Origin: Takakia lepidozioides
Lineage: Eukaryota > Plantae > Bryophyta
Assembly (NCBI GenBank): GCA_030704615.1
Contig: CM060731.1
Coordinates: forward strand, 68,138,001-68,202,000
Direction: 5' to 3'
DNA: 64,000 nt
Below the pieces are notes generated by a model, which saw nothing but the letters and a program-made list of their open reading frames with translations, had not been told where the DNA came from and did not search any database. Below are positions 25,807 through 36,830 of the stretch, piece after piece (the first letter of the stretch is position 1; the number at the start of each line of letters is the position of its first letter). The position numbers and the translations under genes are program-made.

Positions 25807-26463
25807 ATGAAGGAGAATGTCGTGCACAGAACAGTGGAGAAGGGCAAGCATTTGCTCATCCTAGATATTAATGGCTTGCTGTGTGAGTGCGTCCATGTCG
25901 GGAGCGGTAATGCGTTTGTGGTTCCAAATGGCCTTGAGCACAAATTATGTGGTAGCAAGATGGTCGTTGTAAGGCCTGGTTGCAAAGCTTTTTTGGACAA
26001 GTGTTTTGAACACTTTGAAGTGGCAGCATGGTCTTGTATGCAACCACGTAACTTCCTACCCACAGTGGACTGGCTTTTCCATGGGCACGGTGACCTTGCA
26101 TTCAAGTGGGATGGGGGATATTGTGAGCAGTCCACTGACATGGATGGGAGCCTGCCCATGAAACCACGGTTTTTGAAGAACCTATCTACAGTGTGGCGGG
26201 GCAACCGTGACTGGAATCCTGAAACGACTCTTCTTGTTGACGACACACCGCACAAGGGGTCGAACAATCCAGCATACAACGCAATTTTCCCACTGCCTTG
26301 GAGAAGTCGTTCTGTAGAGGCGCACAATGATAATTTTCTTCTGACCAGCTTATGGCCCTTCTTGGAGGGGGCAGCTAAGGCTCCGAGCATTCCAGAATAT
26401 CTCAAAGGGCAACCCACATTTGGGCAACAAGCCATCAGCCCTCGAGCCATTCAGCCTCGCCAG
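25807..26463 (+). CDS. FCP1/NIF-type HAD phosphatase-homology domain, copy 2
   Basis: KHLLILDINGLL..VVVRPGCKAFLDKCFEHFEVAAWSC..KNLSTVW..TTLLVDDTPHKGSNNPAYNAIFP; open frame ending at a cag|gtaa donor. Confidence 0.8.
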
Positions 26464-26918
26464 GTAACATACTTTGTAGTGTGGTACACTCCGTGGTCGA
26501 ATTTTTGTGTGACTCCCTTGTGCCATTGCTAGCCTCATTTGTGCTTAAGTTGTGGCAGTAATCAACCTTGTGATAGAGTTTGTCAAATTACTGTCGCAGT
26601 GTGAACTGCAGGCATTGACAGTGAATGGTGCATCTTATTGTGTTACTGTCATTTGAGTTCCCAATGTATGCCAAAATACATTTTTGGTGCTTGTTGGTTG
26701 GTTGTAGGTGCTTGGCCACAAACGAGGCCCCCCAAGTCAAAGGGCAGCACACCTTCACCCTTTCAGGAAGCCGACACCACTGATCCCTGATTCGCAGAAT
26801 GGGGTAAATGTATGCATCTGCTATTCTCCCCTTCCCGACCTGGATAGACAAATTGTTATTAGCTCATTGTAGACCTTGTAGACACAATACTTTGCACAAT
26901 CCATGTTCCATAATTCTC

Positions 26919-27233
26919 ATGCAATCTGCCATGTTTGGGGTGGGATGGCAGTTCGTGGTGGGAGACCATGTCAAGCTCATAGACACTGTTTCGCGATCAA
27001 CAGCCGGATCTGGCCGCATTGCTGGTCTCCAAGGGATGGAGGTGAGTGAAGGGTACCCTGTCGTGCCAGAAGGCTATATGGCCATCCACATTGATGATGT
27101 CCGCATTCCCAATGCTCCTCTACCATATCACAACAAATCCATGAAGCCACATCACACTGAGTTGGGAGACACTGTAGGTTACATTACTGTGTGGAGTGAC
27201 AAACTAGTGAAGCCCTTGCAGACTAAGAGATGA
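26919..27233 (+). CDS. Domain resembling the Tnp1/En-Spm (CACTA-associated) C-terminal domain
   Basis: VGDHVKL..AGSGRI..VPEGYMAIHIDDV..PNAPLPY..TELGDTVGYITVWS matches the vA.G....lP....V.vd.v....LP.p....lgd.vG..i.W pattern by eye. Confidence 0.5.
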   Translation: MQSAMFGVGWQFVVGDHVKLIDTVSRSTAGSGRIAGLQGMEVSEGYPVVPEGYMAIHIDDVRIPNAPLPYHNKSMKPHHTELGDTVGYITVWSDKLVKPLQTKR

Positions 27234-27599
27234 GGCAGGTGGGCACGCATTGTGGATTTCATGGGGATTTCCACCTCTGCCTCATCCGGATTTGGCAACT
27301 ACGGTAACTTATAGTAGTGACAGATTCTCTGAATTGACTGTCCAATTTTGATAGCAACCACATGTTGGATTTCCTCATGCATGTTGTTGCAAACTTATGC
27401 CTCATTAATGAACAATGTGGTGGTAGGTGGTATGTCCCCATTACTATGGTTGGTAATGTTGCTGCTGGGAGAATGTGGTTGATAATGGTGATGCTGGATG
27501 GTGATGTTGCTGCTATTTGTGCTCTTTCAGAATTACGTCTGTGCCACTTCTGTGCCTAAAGTCTTGCTGTATACATGATTGTGATGTTGTATGGCATAT

Positions 27600-28300
27600 G
27601 CACGTGGCACCCTATTGGCTGCCTCTGTGGCATATCCACGTGTCCGTCCAGAGTCATAACCATGAGTACCGAACCCAATATGATACGTGTATGAGCATAT
27701 TACATTCCAACACGTGACCCCCTAAGGTCCCCGCGCAGTTGGTCTTATGACTCCATATGCAAAACGTCCAGTCAAATGTATGTCTACGAAGCAGCACGTG
27801 AGGTTTAGAGGATCGTGCACGTGGCACCACGTGGGACTACAATGTCCTCATGGAAAGGGTGATCATGGAATATACTGTACTGCGCCAGTCGTAGGTATGA
27901 CTGGCAAGAATCCACCGCAGCTCCCGAAAGTCCAGCATGTGGGCACACACGATCGTGGCACGTGGTGTCCCCAGATGATGCCACGTGTTGATACCAATTT
28001 CCCCCCCCCATCAAGACATACATGTGACTGCGAAGCCCCGTCCCCCACAGTGACACGTGGCATTGATATGTCGCACCACGCGTTTCTTCTACGACGCGAC
28101 ACGTGCTGTCGTTTAGATCCCTTGTCCGCTGTCATAGCTGGCAGTCAGGGATGGCGTCGCAGTTTGACACGTGGCATGTTATGTAGCTAGCACATGTCTG
28201 CCTTACACCGCGGCTGACATGGACTACACTGTCCGTTCAGTCATTCTGTAATGCCAGCGTGTATGACTACCCCCACAGATGCTATGGCGCCACGTCACAG
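27600..28300. promoter_or_regulatory. Dense cluster of CACGTG (G-box) hexamers
   Basis: About 11 perfect CACGTG in about 600 bp (e.g. 27601, 27638, 27711, 27795, 27818, 27828, 27959, 27982, 28054, 28100, 28168). Confidence 0.55.
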
Positions 28301-28611
28301 CCAGTCTGGAGAGTCATATCTGCCATGTCACAACTGACTAGGGCTTTACGTCTGCAGAGTCAGGAAGTCGTAAATGGCTTCCATGACTGCATTTGCAGTC
28401 ATAACATAGAGACGTAAAAGCCGGAATCTGTTGTTGTGAGTGGAGGTTCACATTCTTGCACTCCCGGATTTATGATTATGTCTCTTTGGCAGGTTCAAGG
28501 AGATGCTGACGACGTCATCGGTTCCTCAAGTCCCCTAAAGGAACCCTCCGGATCAGCAGCGAGTCGGAGTATTGAAGGCTTTCCGAGGGTTCATGATGGT
28601 GCTCAAATTAT

Positions 28612-28795
28612 GGGGATGCTTCCGCGTGAGCGTGAGCGGGCTCACGCCACGTCATTAGTTATTGCCACGTTGGCTGACCGGTCTGACGCCACGTCAGCCG
28701 ACCTCGCTAGCGTGCCCGACGCCACGTCATTTTCATAGGCATGGCCCTATAACCGCGGACCCAACAAGCAAATGGGGGCCTATAGCCGCGGATTG
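28612..28795 (+). repeat. Left terminal/subterminal inverted repeat region of the MULE
   Basis: Terminal CTTCCGCGTGAGCGTGAGC, several GCCACGTCA motifs, two CCTATARCCGCGG motifs. Confidence 0.8.
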
Positions 28796-29684
28796 CGCAT
28801 TTGGCAGACACGGAACCATGTGTGGGCGACGAGGCGAGGTGCGGAAGAGAGTTTAGGGTTTGTTGGTGAAAGTTGCAGAATGATAGTGTACGTAGAGATT
28901 GAAATGGTTGTGGATGTATTAATATCCAGGTCATCAGTCTACAATGGTCCTCAGATGATTTAATGCCATGCTAATGTGGTATTTTACGTTGTTGTCATCA
29001 GTGTAGAATGGTTGTGGATGAGTTAATGAGGATGAAGCAGAGCCAATGTGGATGGGACACTGCTAGTATGGATGAATGGGGATGAATAGTTGTGGACAAA
29101 TGTGGATGAAATATCATGAATGGATGATAGAGTGGATGAATGTTGAGCGAGGATGTCATTCTAACATTTATGGAAACCAAGCACAACGATCAATGTCGTT
29201 TGCACAAACATTAGAAATTGTGCCTAAAATCCGTCCTAAAGCACTTGATAAGTTTTAATGAATGTCTGGCATTTGGGGAAAGGTAGACAGATAACAGCAA
29301 CGTAGAATAAGACAACATAGCAAATGTGAGACTGATCTTTCATTCTGCGACTTTGTCCGAGTGCTTACTGCAACATCCTGGTGTGCAGCACGCTCCTCTT
29401 TAGCTGTCATCTTCAGTGTCGACACATTGCGAGCCATTTCAGCAGTATATTTCCTGCAACGCACCACCTGACCACGCTAAACATGGTTTGGACTCCAATG
29501 CGTATTGCGGCCCCTGCCAGTGAGATAGAAATGTGCACCTGTATGTTACGAGAGTACTGCAACTTTCATGGTTTTTCATCAGGACCATTATACAACAACA
29601 TTCAAAATGAATTTGGCTCTCGTTTGTGCATGAGGAGGAATTCCAGGTCTTACAACATTGTGTAACAGAATTTGACAAAACGTT

Positions 29685-30507
29685 TGCCTTGTCCTTCTTG
29701 TTTGACCCATAACCAATGTTATGCATGAGGATGTTGTCCTTGAACTTGCGCTGAAACCGAGAGTCCACCAATCATCCCCTAGGTGCCTTGTCTTCTTGTT
29801 TGACCCATAACCAATGTTAGGCATGAGGATCCCGCCTTTGAACTTGCGCTGAAACCGAGAGTCCATACACCATCCACTAGGTGCACTGTCTTCTTGTTTG
29901 AACCATAACCAAATGTTACGAAACAAGTTGTTGCCTAGACTTTACAGTTCACACAAATCCTGAGAAGTGAGTGCTTCTGCTTTGGATTAAAATGGAACTC
30001 CGTCTGGAGGAGCTCGTGTTGACAGTAGGTCCTCTAGTGACTCAACTATGTATACTCAAACTCATGCCATTTAAGGGAAAACGGGAACCTGCCACAATAC
30101 TGGATGTCTGGTTTCTCCACATGGTGCGCCAAGAGTTCCCCAATGACACCCTATTCCTAAGAACCACCAATCTCAATCCATGAAAATGTACAGTTTAAAG
30201 GAGCATAGTGCTTTGCTAGATTGCATCAGAATGAGTACAACGATGAATGCTTTCTGCTGTTGAACACATTTGAGGGAGAACATCTAAAGCACAGCGACAG
30301 GAGATACCCATTGGGATGTGGCCTGAAACAGATGCGTTGAACCCGAGAGTCGGGAAATCATACCCTAGCTACGTGCCTTGTCTTCTTGTTTGACCCATAA
30401 CCAATGTTAGGCATTAGGAGGCTGCCTTTGAACTTGCGTTGGACCTGAGAGTCAATACATACATCATCCCCTAGGTGCCTTGTTTTCTTGTTTGACCCAT
30501 AACCAAC
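29685..30507. repeat. About 98-102-bp tandem repeats (3 + 2 copies) inside the MULE, 3' of the MTase gene
   Basis: Unit GTGCCTTGTCTTCTTGTTTGACCCATAACCAATGTTAGGCATGAGG..TTGAACTTGCGCTGAAACCGAGAGTCCA..CATCCCCTAG at about 29685, 29783, 29881, 30373 and 30475. Confidence 0.9.
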
Positions 30508-31054
30508 CATGTGCTGTACATTACAATCAAAGCCTACAAGCCAGGATACAACTATCCACTGAATGAAGTGCATAGAAGCCATTGTTGTAAATGCATACAC
30601 GGCCCGAAAATGAGAAACCATCTTTTAACGACATTACAACGAACATGCACAAATTTTATTACAAAGTTGTGGAGGGAAACAAAATGTCTGAAACTGTGAA
30701 CATCACGAGACCCTCCAAGATGATGAAATTTGGATTTCAGTCACTAGAACTATCCCCTGAAACTTGTGCAGTATCATCGACATAAACCCGAGCTCCGAGG
30801 TGCCTGTTGTGCTTTTGAGCACATGGGGGAGATAACATGAAACTCTATTGACGAGCAATGGCCTCTGCGTAGTCGGGTAGGATGTATGAACGTGGAGGGC
30901 TGCACCACAAGTCACTGTGAATAAAAGAGACGTCGACCAAAGGAATAGCTTCCAATATCCTGCCATCCAAAGAACCACAATTGCATTAGCCACCATTAAT
31001 GGGAAAGGGGGGGCCATTTTCGCGGGAGAAATTGGATGCCTACAGAAAAACAAC

Positions 31055-34000
31055 TTATTCACATGCAAAATTGTCGTCCAAGACTTTGTCGTCCCCTTCG
31101 TTGATTTCCACATGCACTATACCCTCCTGTTGTTGGGCGGCAGGCGCCGGCGCCGGCGCTTCCAAGTTATGGAGGAGGTCATTGAAAATGTCCGCATCCC
31201 CTTCCATACCAAACAAATGCCTGCCCGCTGCCTTGTAGGCATGGTACGAACCTCCTGCAAGACATAATACTCTTAGGACACATATTAACAAATTTTGCAC
31301 CAAGAAGAAAACACCGCAGCAGGTTCGGGGTGAAACCTGTGCCAAGAGTGAGGTCCACTATACGCGCCCCCGGATGGGAACAAGTCTCCACAATCATTTG
31401 AATAAATGCTGGGCTCTTCTCCTTGGCCCCTCTCCATGGTGTGGAGTTGGACTTTCGCAAGCATACATTGGAATCCACCTAATTGTAGTGTATGTCGTCC
31501 ACCACTGGATCGAACTTATCGTTGATGAAAGAACCTCCCCCATGAAGCCTGAACTCCTTCACTGCTGCAAGAGTTGAAGCAGGGTGCACTCTGACGAGGC
31601 AAACGGCCTCAAAAAGGCGGGTCTACACACATGACAACATGAAGCACATATTAGTGAATCCAAAACAATTCATCTGGAAAGAACAATGCTTGAAACTTCC
31701 GAAAATGAGTGCGTTGAAGCACTCATTTCTGCAGGGGTGAAATGGAACTTCAAATGAAGCAGGTAATAGAAAGTCGATTACCAATTGTCCGGGATAGTCG
31801 CCCTTTGTCAAGTACAGGCTGTTCACACCATTCCACGTTTTGATGATTTTCATCCCCAAGGCCTTGAGATAGCTTGCAAGCTCCCGGCGACATTTTGTAT
31901 TGACCGACTGGATCATTACAAGAACCCCTGCATCCGATAAGAAAATATTGCAAAATGAAAATACCCACCGCCAGTACCTCTCATCAAATGCATTCCATGT
32001 TGGGCAAGTGCCTGTGGGTAAAATGTCCGGTACTGGCAGCCCATCCAGAATGTCCACAATCACCATGTCGGCACAACATGGTTTCAGAGAACCATTGACC
32101 CAACACTGCCCTTTTGAAACCTGAAAACAGACAGACGGCAAAAATTAAATAACTATCCAAAAGGAAAAACAGTAAATGAGACAAACAGTGGGAATTGGCT
32201 TACCGAGTCAAGGAATACACACAGCTTGCCCCAAGTTCGAGAGGGTTCTCCAGTGTAACCAGATTTCCTGCTTTCCATCATGGCAAGGAATGAATCATTG
32301 ACAATCTCGCATTTACATTCTTGCTGGATTATGGATGGGTGCTCCACTGCGTCGTATGGCTCAATCTTCCCCTTACGTTTTCGTTCCTTGTTTGCAATTG
32401 GGGTCTGCGCTACCTCACCCCCCGCAGTCTCCCCTTGGGTGGCCTTCTCCTTCCCTTTGTCCTTTGTACCCTTTCCCTTTCCGTTCCCTCTCGCAGGAGT
32501 TTTGTTGGTTGCGGGCTCCTTCTCAGCGAGGTTTCGCAGATTCCTCTCATGCAATTCTTTGTCAGTAAGAGGGGCCAAAGACTCCGCATTGTCGTTCAGG
32601 TTCCGTGTCTGCATTTTATACCTGGGGCAATCTGATTTCGGAATGTCTAGATACCAGCAGCAGTCTTTCGGGTGATATCTCCCGTAGTCTCTGAGGATGG
32701 TTGCCGTGTACATGGTCTGACTGTTAGAGGGGTCAGACCACAAGTCGATGAAGGCAGGGTACTTACTGAGGTTTTTTCCCAGAATGAGCACGTTCTTGAT
32801 ATACCTACAAAACAAAAGAGGTACACTTTTAGTCATTGAAGGCAAAAAAACATATACTGCGGACCTCCCAAAATGCGTGCGTTGACGCACACAATTTGGG
32901 GTGCACAAATACTTGAGCATGAGGCAACCGAAATTCACTCACAAGTACCATTTGCAAAAACAGGAGAAAACAAAGGGTTCCATATGCAGTAAGATATCCC
33001 ATTCTCGGCAGACACATATTCCATTCAGAACTGCCAACGAAACATTGAAATCCATGATGGAGGAGAGAACACATCTGAGTTTGTGGCCCTCCAAAATTGC
33101 GTTTGGCGCACGCAGTTTTGCATGGCCACAAACTGCATGTCTAGTGATAGCCAAAGAAAGTTTTCAAACACAAAACAAAATTAACGAACCTGTATAGGAC
33201 CCTCTTCATGGCTCCCTCCGCCCCGTACTGCTGGTCAAAGTCATTTGTGCGGGAGATTCCTCCATCTCGGGAAAACTCTCTCAAGAAGCAGTTGCTCCAA
33301 GCAGTGGCCTTCCATTGCCTCAAGTAATCCTCCAGAGTGTCCTCGGGCACGGTCATGGTAATTTTGTAGTCATAAAGTTGTTTCTCCAGCACCTTGTTTG
33401 CACGAGCTTCAATCTGCAGGTATTCATATGCATGGGTTAGAGTCCATTCATGGGAAGATATTCTCAAAATTTCAAGCAAAGAAAGTCCTGAAAAGTACCT
33501 GGCTCCAGTAGGTGGCTTTGTGCAACCATGTATCAAGAACTTGGTCGCTGAAGGGTTTGATGTGCCCAAAGTTTTCATCTCTTTCACCCCTAGGGAAGCA
33601 ATATGTATCCTTGACAGTTGGGTCGGAATTCCAAATCTCCAGCCATTTCACTTTCTAGTCAGCTTCCACAACTGTAGTTGACAACCGGTGAAGCTTTTCC
33701 TGTGTCATCTCCAGTTTGGTGTTATTGTTCCAGTGGATTCTCACTTGGTTAAGGAACTCGGGACCAAAATCAAGGTCAGCTATTCTCAGCTGTTTCACGA
33801 AGGCGCTCATGAGCTTCTTCCATATCTCATTTATCGTAAACTTCATGGCTTCCGCCACTCCCTTGGACGTCCTCATACCCTCCGGGTTTTTCAAACTTTT
33901 CCTCTCTCTCCAGCTTCAGCTATTTCTTGCTGCAAAACGCAATCCGGAATGAGATCACAACAAACAATGTTACTGACAATCACAATAGACAATGGAAGGC

Positions 34001-35728
34001 CAGAGCGATGGAATACTTACATGTGTACATGTACTCCATGAATGATTCCCTCGTCAGCTTGTACCAGGTATCTGACGTTTTCGATGTCAAACATTTCTTG
34101 AATGACTCCGCACTCAGGATGCTCTTGAATGAATTGAGGGGCATCTGGCCGATATTTTGTATCCTGAATAGTGTGTGAAGAAGGTTCGTTGTCGCATGGG
34201 CGGTTTCAGTTCCCCTGCACATACATTGGTGTGTCGTCGGTGAGTGCTAAAAGCGAACAGACAGTCAAGGGAAAATTGCAGACAATAACAGGTGAAGAAG
34301 ACACTTACTTGTTAACATCATGCATTGCTGTCAACAGTGCAGTGATGTTTCCCTTGGGATCCAACACCATTGAGGCCACAGAGTAGTGTCATTCCTCCTC
34401 GGTGCTATGATATCTCTCGATCATGTTCTTCCAGGCAAGCAATCGGTGGTTGTCATCCCAGACATGAAATATCTTGCCTGAGAAAGGCTGGGTGACGAGC
34501 CTCTTGCAAATGATAGATTCGAACTCCTTGTTTATCTGTCACCAGATAGGATCCCAGCCTCCAACAATGGACTCGTCCACCAACACCTCTCTGCCAGCGG
34601 AGTCCGCCAAGGAGACGTAAAAAATAGATTGACCCTCTATGTACCCATGGCAGAAATCCTGTTCCAACTTTTTGAATGTCATTCGTCAGAGCTGGTCGAA
34701 CGAAGGGCATGGAGATCAAACGTCATAGGGGTATCATTATTTTTCCCCCAGGGACGCCCATGGCCTTGATAACCCTTGCCAAATTCACTTTGGAGAAGGA
34801 AAGCAGATCTTTCGCTCTGTCTTCATATGGCCTACCATCGTCTTCCTCCTCAACAACCACCAGTTCCTGCTCAATGACTTCGTCCTCTACCTGAGCAGCA
34901 CCTTTCATTTTCTTAGTCTGCAGTCAAAGTATTGCGTGCTTCAACGCACGCAATTTTCTACCATCTGAAATTTACTCATTTCTTTGCCTATTTCATTCCC
35001 AATGTCAATCTACTCTCTTCCATAAAAGTATGCAGCAGACATTGAATCTAATATCGCTGTAGGTAGAAAGGTGAGTGTGAGAGAACCTCCAGAAATTGCG
35101 TGCGTCAACCCACGCAATTTTTGGAGGTTCTCTCACACTCACCTTCTCTCAGCTGTCGAACTCTAATCGAACTACTTGGGATGTTACAGCACATGTGGAT
35201 GTGAATGTCTCTCCTTCTATGCAGTACATGAAAAGTGAGAAGTGGGTCACACCTGGGTTTGGTTGTTATGCATTGCCTGCATCCCTGTGGTCTTACTCTG
35301 AATGATAAAGAAAGAAATAGCATAAAAGAGAGCAAGAAAAATGCGTGCGCCAATGCACGCAGTTTTCATGCCCTGGAAACTTGACAGAAGATGGCAAGTA
35401 AGAGAATCACCTGAGGTCCTTTGACCGAAGAACTCCCAGATGCCTTTGATGTGGCAACATCGTTGGTCGTCCTCCTAGTTTGGACAGCCTTCTTAACCTT
35501 CGGCGTCGCCTCCTCCTCCACGACGTTTTTCCCCTTCGGCGTGGATTCCTTTGCAAGAGCGTCTGCCTCGTCTGTGTCCATAGCATCTGTGTCGTCCTCT
35601 GACGCAGTTTCATCCCCAACTTCATCAGGAGTTGGCGGCTGGTCCTCCTCCGCCATCTGTTTGGTTTCCAGGGCTGCGCTCTCCTCTGCGATCTCCTTCA
35701 GTGTCATGTTCAGCTTTCGGCCTTTCAT
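31055..35728 (-). pseudogene. Intron-containing ParB/Srx-like + beta-class N4C/N6A DNA methyltransferase fusion
   Basis: ParB-like exon about 34917-34308: VRPALTNDIQKLEQDF..GY..IFYVS..IFHVWDDNHRLLAW. MTase exons: 32122-31783 (CADMVIVDILDGLP..FLSDAGVLVMI), 31622-31338 (WRGAKEKSPAFIQMIVETCSHPGARIVDLTLGTG) and about 31255-31055 (GSYHAYKAAGRHLFGMEGDADIF). Motif order is IV..X-I-II. Several in-frame stops and one frameshift. Confidence 0.85.
32867..35366. repeat. Five intronic palindromes AAAWTGCGTGCG-N4-CGCACGCARTTTT in the ParB-MTase gene
   Basis: Copies at 32867-32900, 33092-33120 (3-bp deletion), 34930-34958, 35068-35145 (extended to 37-bp arms, 2 mismatches) and 35336-35367; all lie in introns. 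Confidence 0.85.
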
Positions 35729-36510
35729 TCTCTCTCTTGCCTTCTTCCTCTCTCGCGCTGAAGTAAAAAAGAATGATTGTCTTCTACGCCTTCCACTCTC
35801 TCACGCGGAACTCTGTCTCCTGCTACTCTCCAGCTTGAAAAACTACGATCTACTGGAATGAGAGACGTTGTGCGATGAGTAGCAGCCGAGGCATCGCTCT
35901 CAGCGGTTATGCATGTTTTTACTGCATACGTGTCCCCCTCCTAACAGCACATTCATCCATTCTGCAGTGGCCGCCGTCTTTCATTATGGAGGTATGGCCA
36001 TCGCATGGATTTGATTTGGATGGATTACTTATTTCAATAGATTTTTTGGATTCTCCCGGATCAACATCTTCCATTCGTGCGCCGCCGATTCCTCTTAAAC
36101 CCTACACTCAATGCATTGTCGGGTTCCACGTGGCTGAACACATTGGGGTGGCATGTGATGTCGGTCTCCGCCGTCAATTTACATGGGTCGGTAAAGGCAC
36201 ATAACTGCTGAACAACTGTTTTATGAAGTGTTTTGACAACTGTTTCTGAAAGGCTCTTTAATGGTATGTCAGCTTTTCAAATAGGTCGACGGAAACCTAG
36301 AAGTCCGTCACCTTAACTAACGAGGTCGGCAAAGGACAACACGTCATGTATATCCCAAACCATTGTGGAAGGATAAGTTATAACGAGTTACGAACGGTCG
36401 TTTTCCAAACAAATTTCGCCTGGTCCCTTCGTATTTCATAATCATTTCGCAAATTCTATAATCTATCTACGTATTATGAACATACCCACAAAGTTCTCGA
36501 AGCACAAAAT

Positions 36511-36718
36511 AATTTCGATTGATCTCACAATACTCTGGGACCTGTCAGATGGTACATTGAATATACTGGCCAAGTCTCGAAGCGAACGAAAACCATTTGG
36601 ATGGGCAACCATTCGTTACCCCTTTGTATAAATTTCAATTGATCTCATATTACTCTGGGACCTCTTAGATGGTACATTGAACATACTCGCCAAGTCTCAA
36701 AGCGATCCAAAATCATTT
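36511..36718. repeat. Two about 88-bp direct repeats (120-bp period) between the divergent MULE genes
   Basis: AATTTCRATTGATCTCAYAWTACTCTGGGACCT..AGATGGTACATTGAAYATACT..CCAAGTCTCRAAGCGA at 36511 and 36631. Confidence 0.85.
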
Positions 36719-36830
36719 CAATGGGAAATGTAATCCCCACTATCGTTTGTAAGAAGAATCCGCACAGAAGTTGTGGGTTCCGCACTTTGTGGGTTCCGCA
36801 CTTCTTCGAGGGAATTTCTCTTGCAGCAAC

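Noticed and set aside
31055-35728. Bacterial or phage contamination as source of the ParB-MTase
   Set aside because: The gene has multiple GT-AG introns and lies within a TSD-bounded plant transposon contiguous with plant genes.
35421-35861. Plus-strand ORFs over the ParB-MTase gene (and minus-strand ORFs over the transposase)
   Set aside because: Antisense shadows of the real coding exons.
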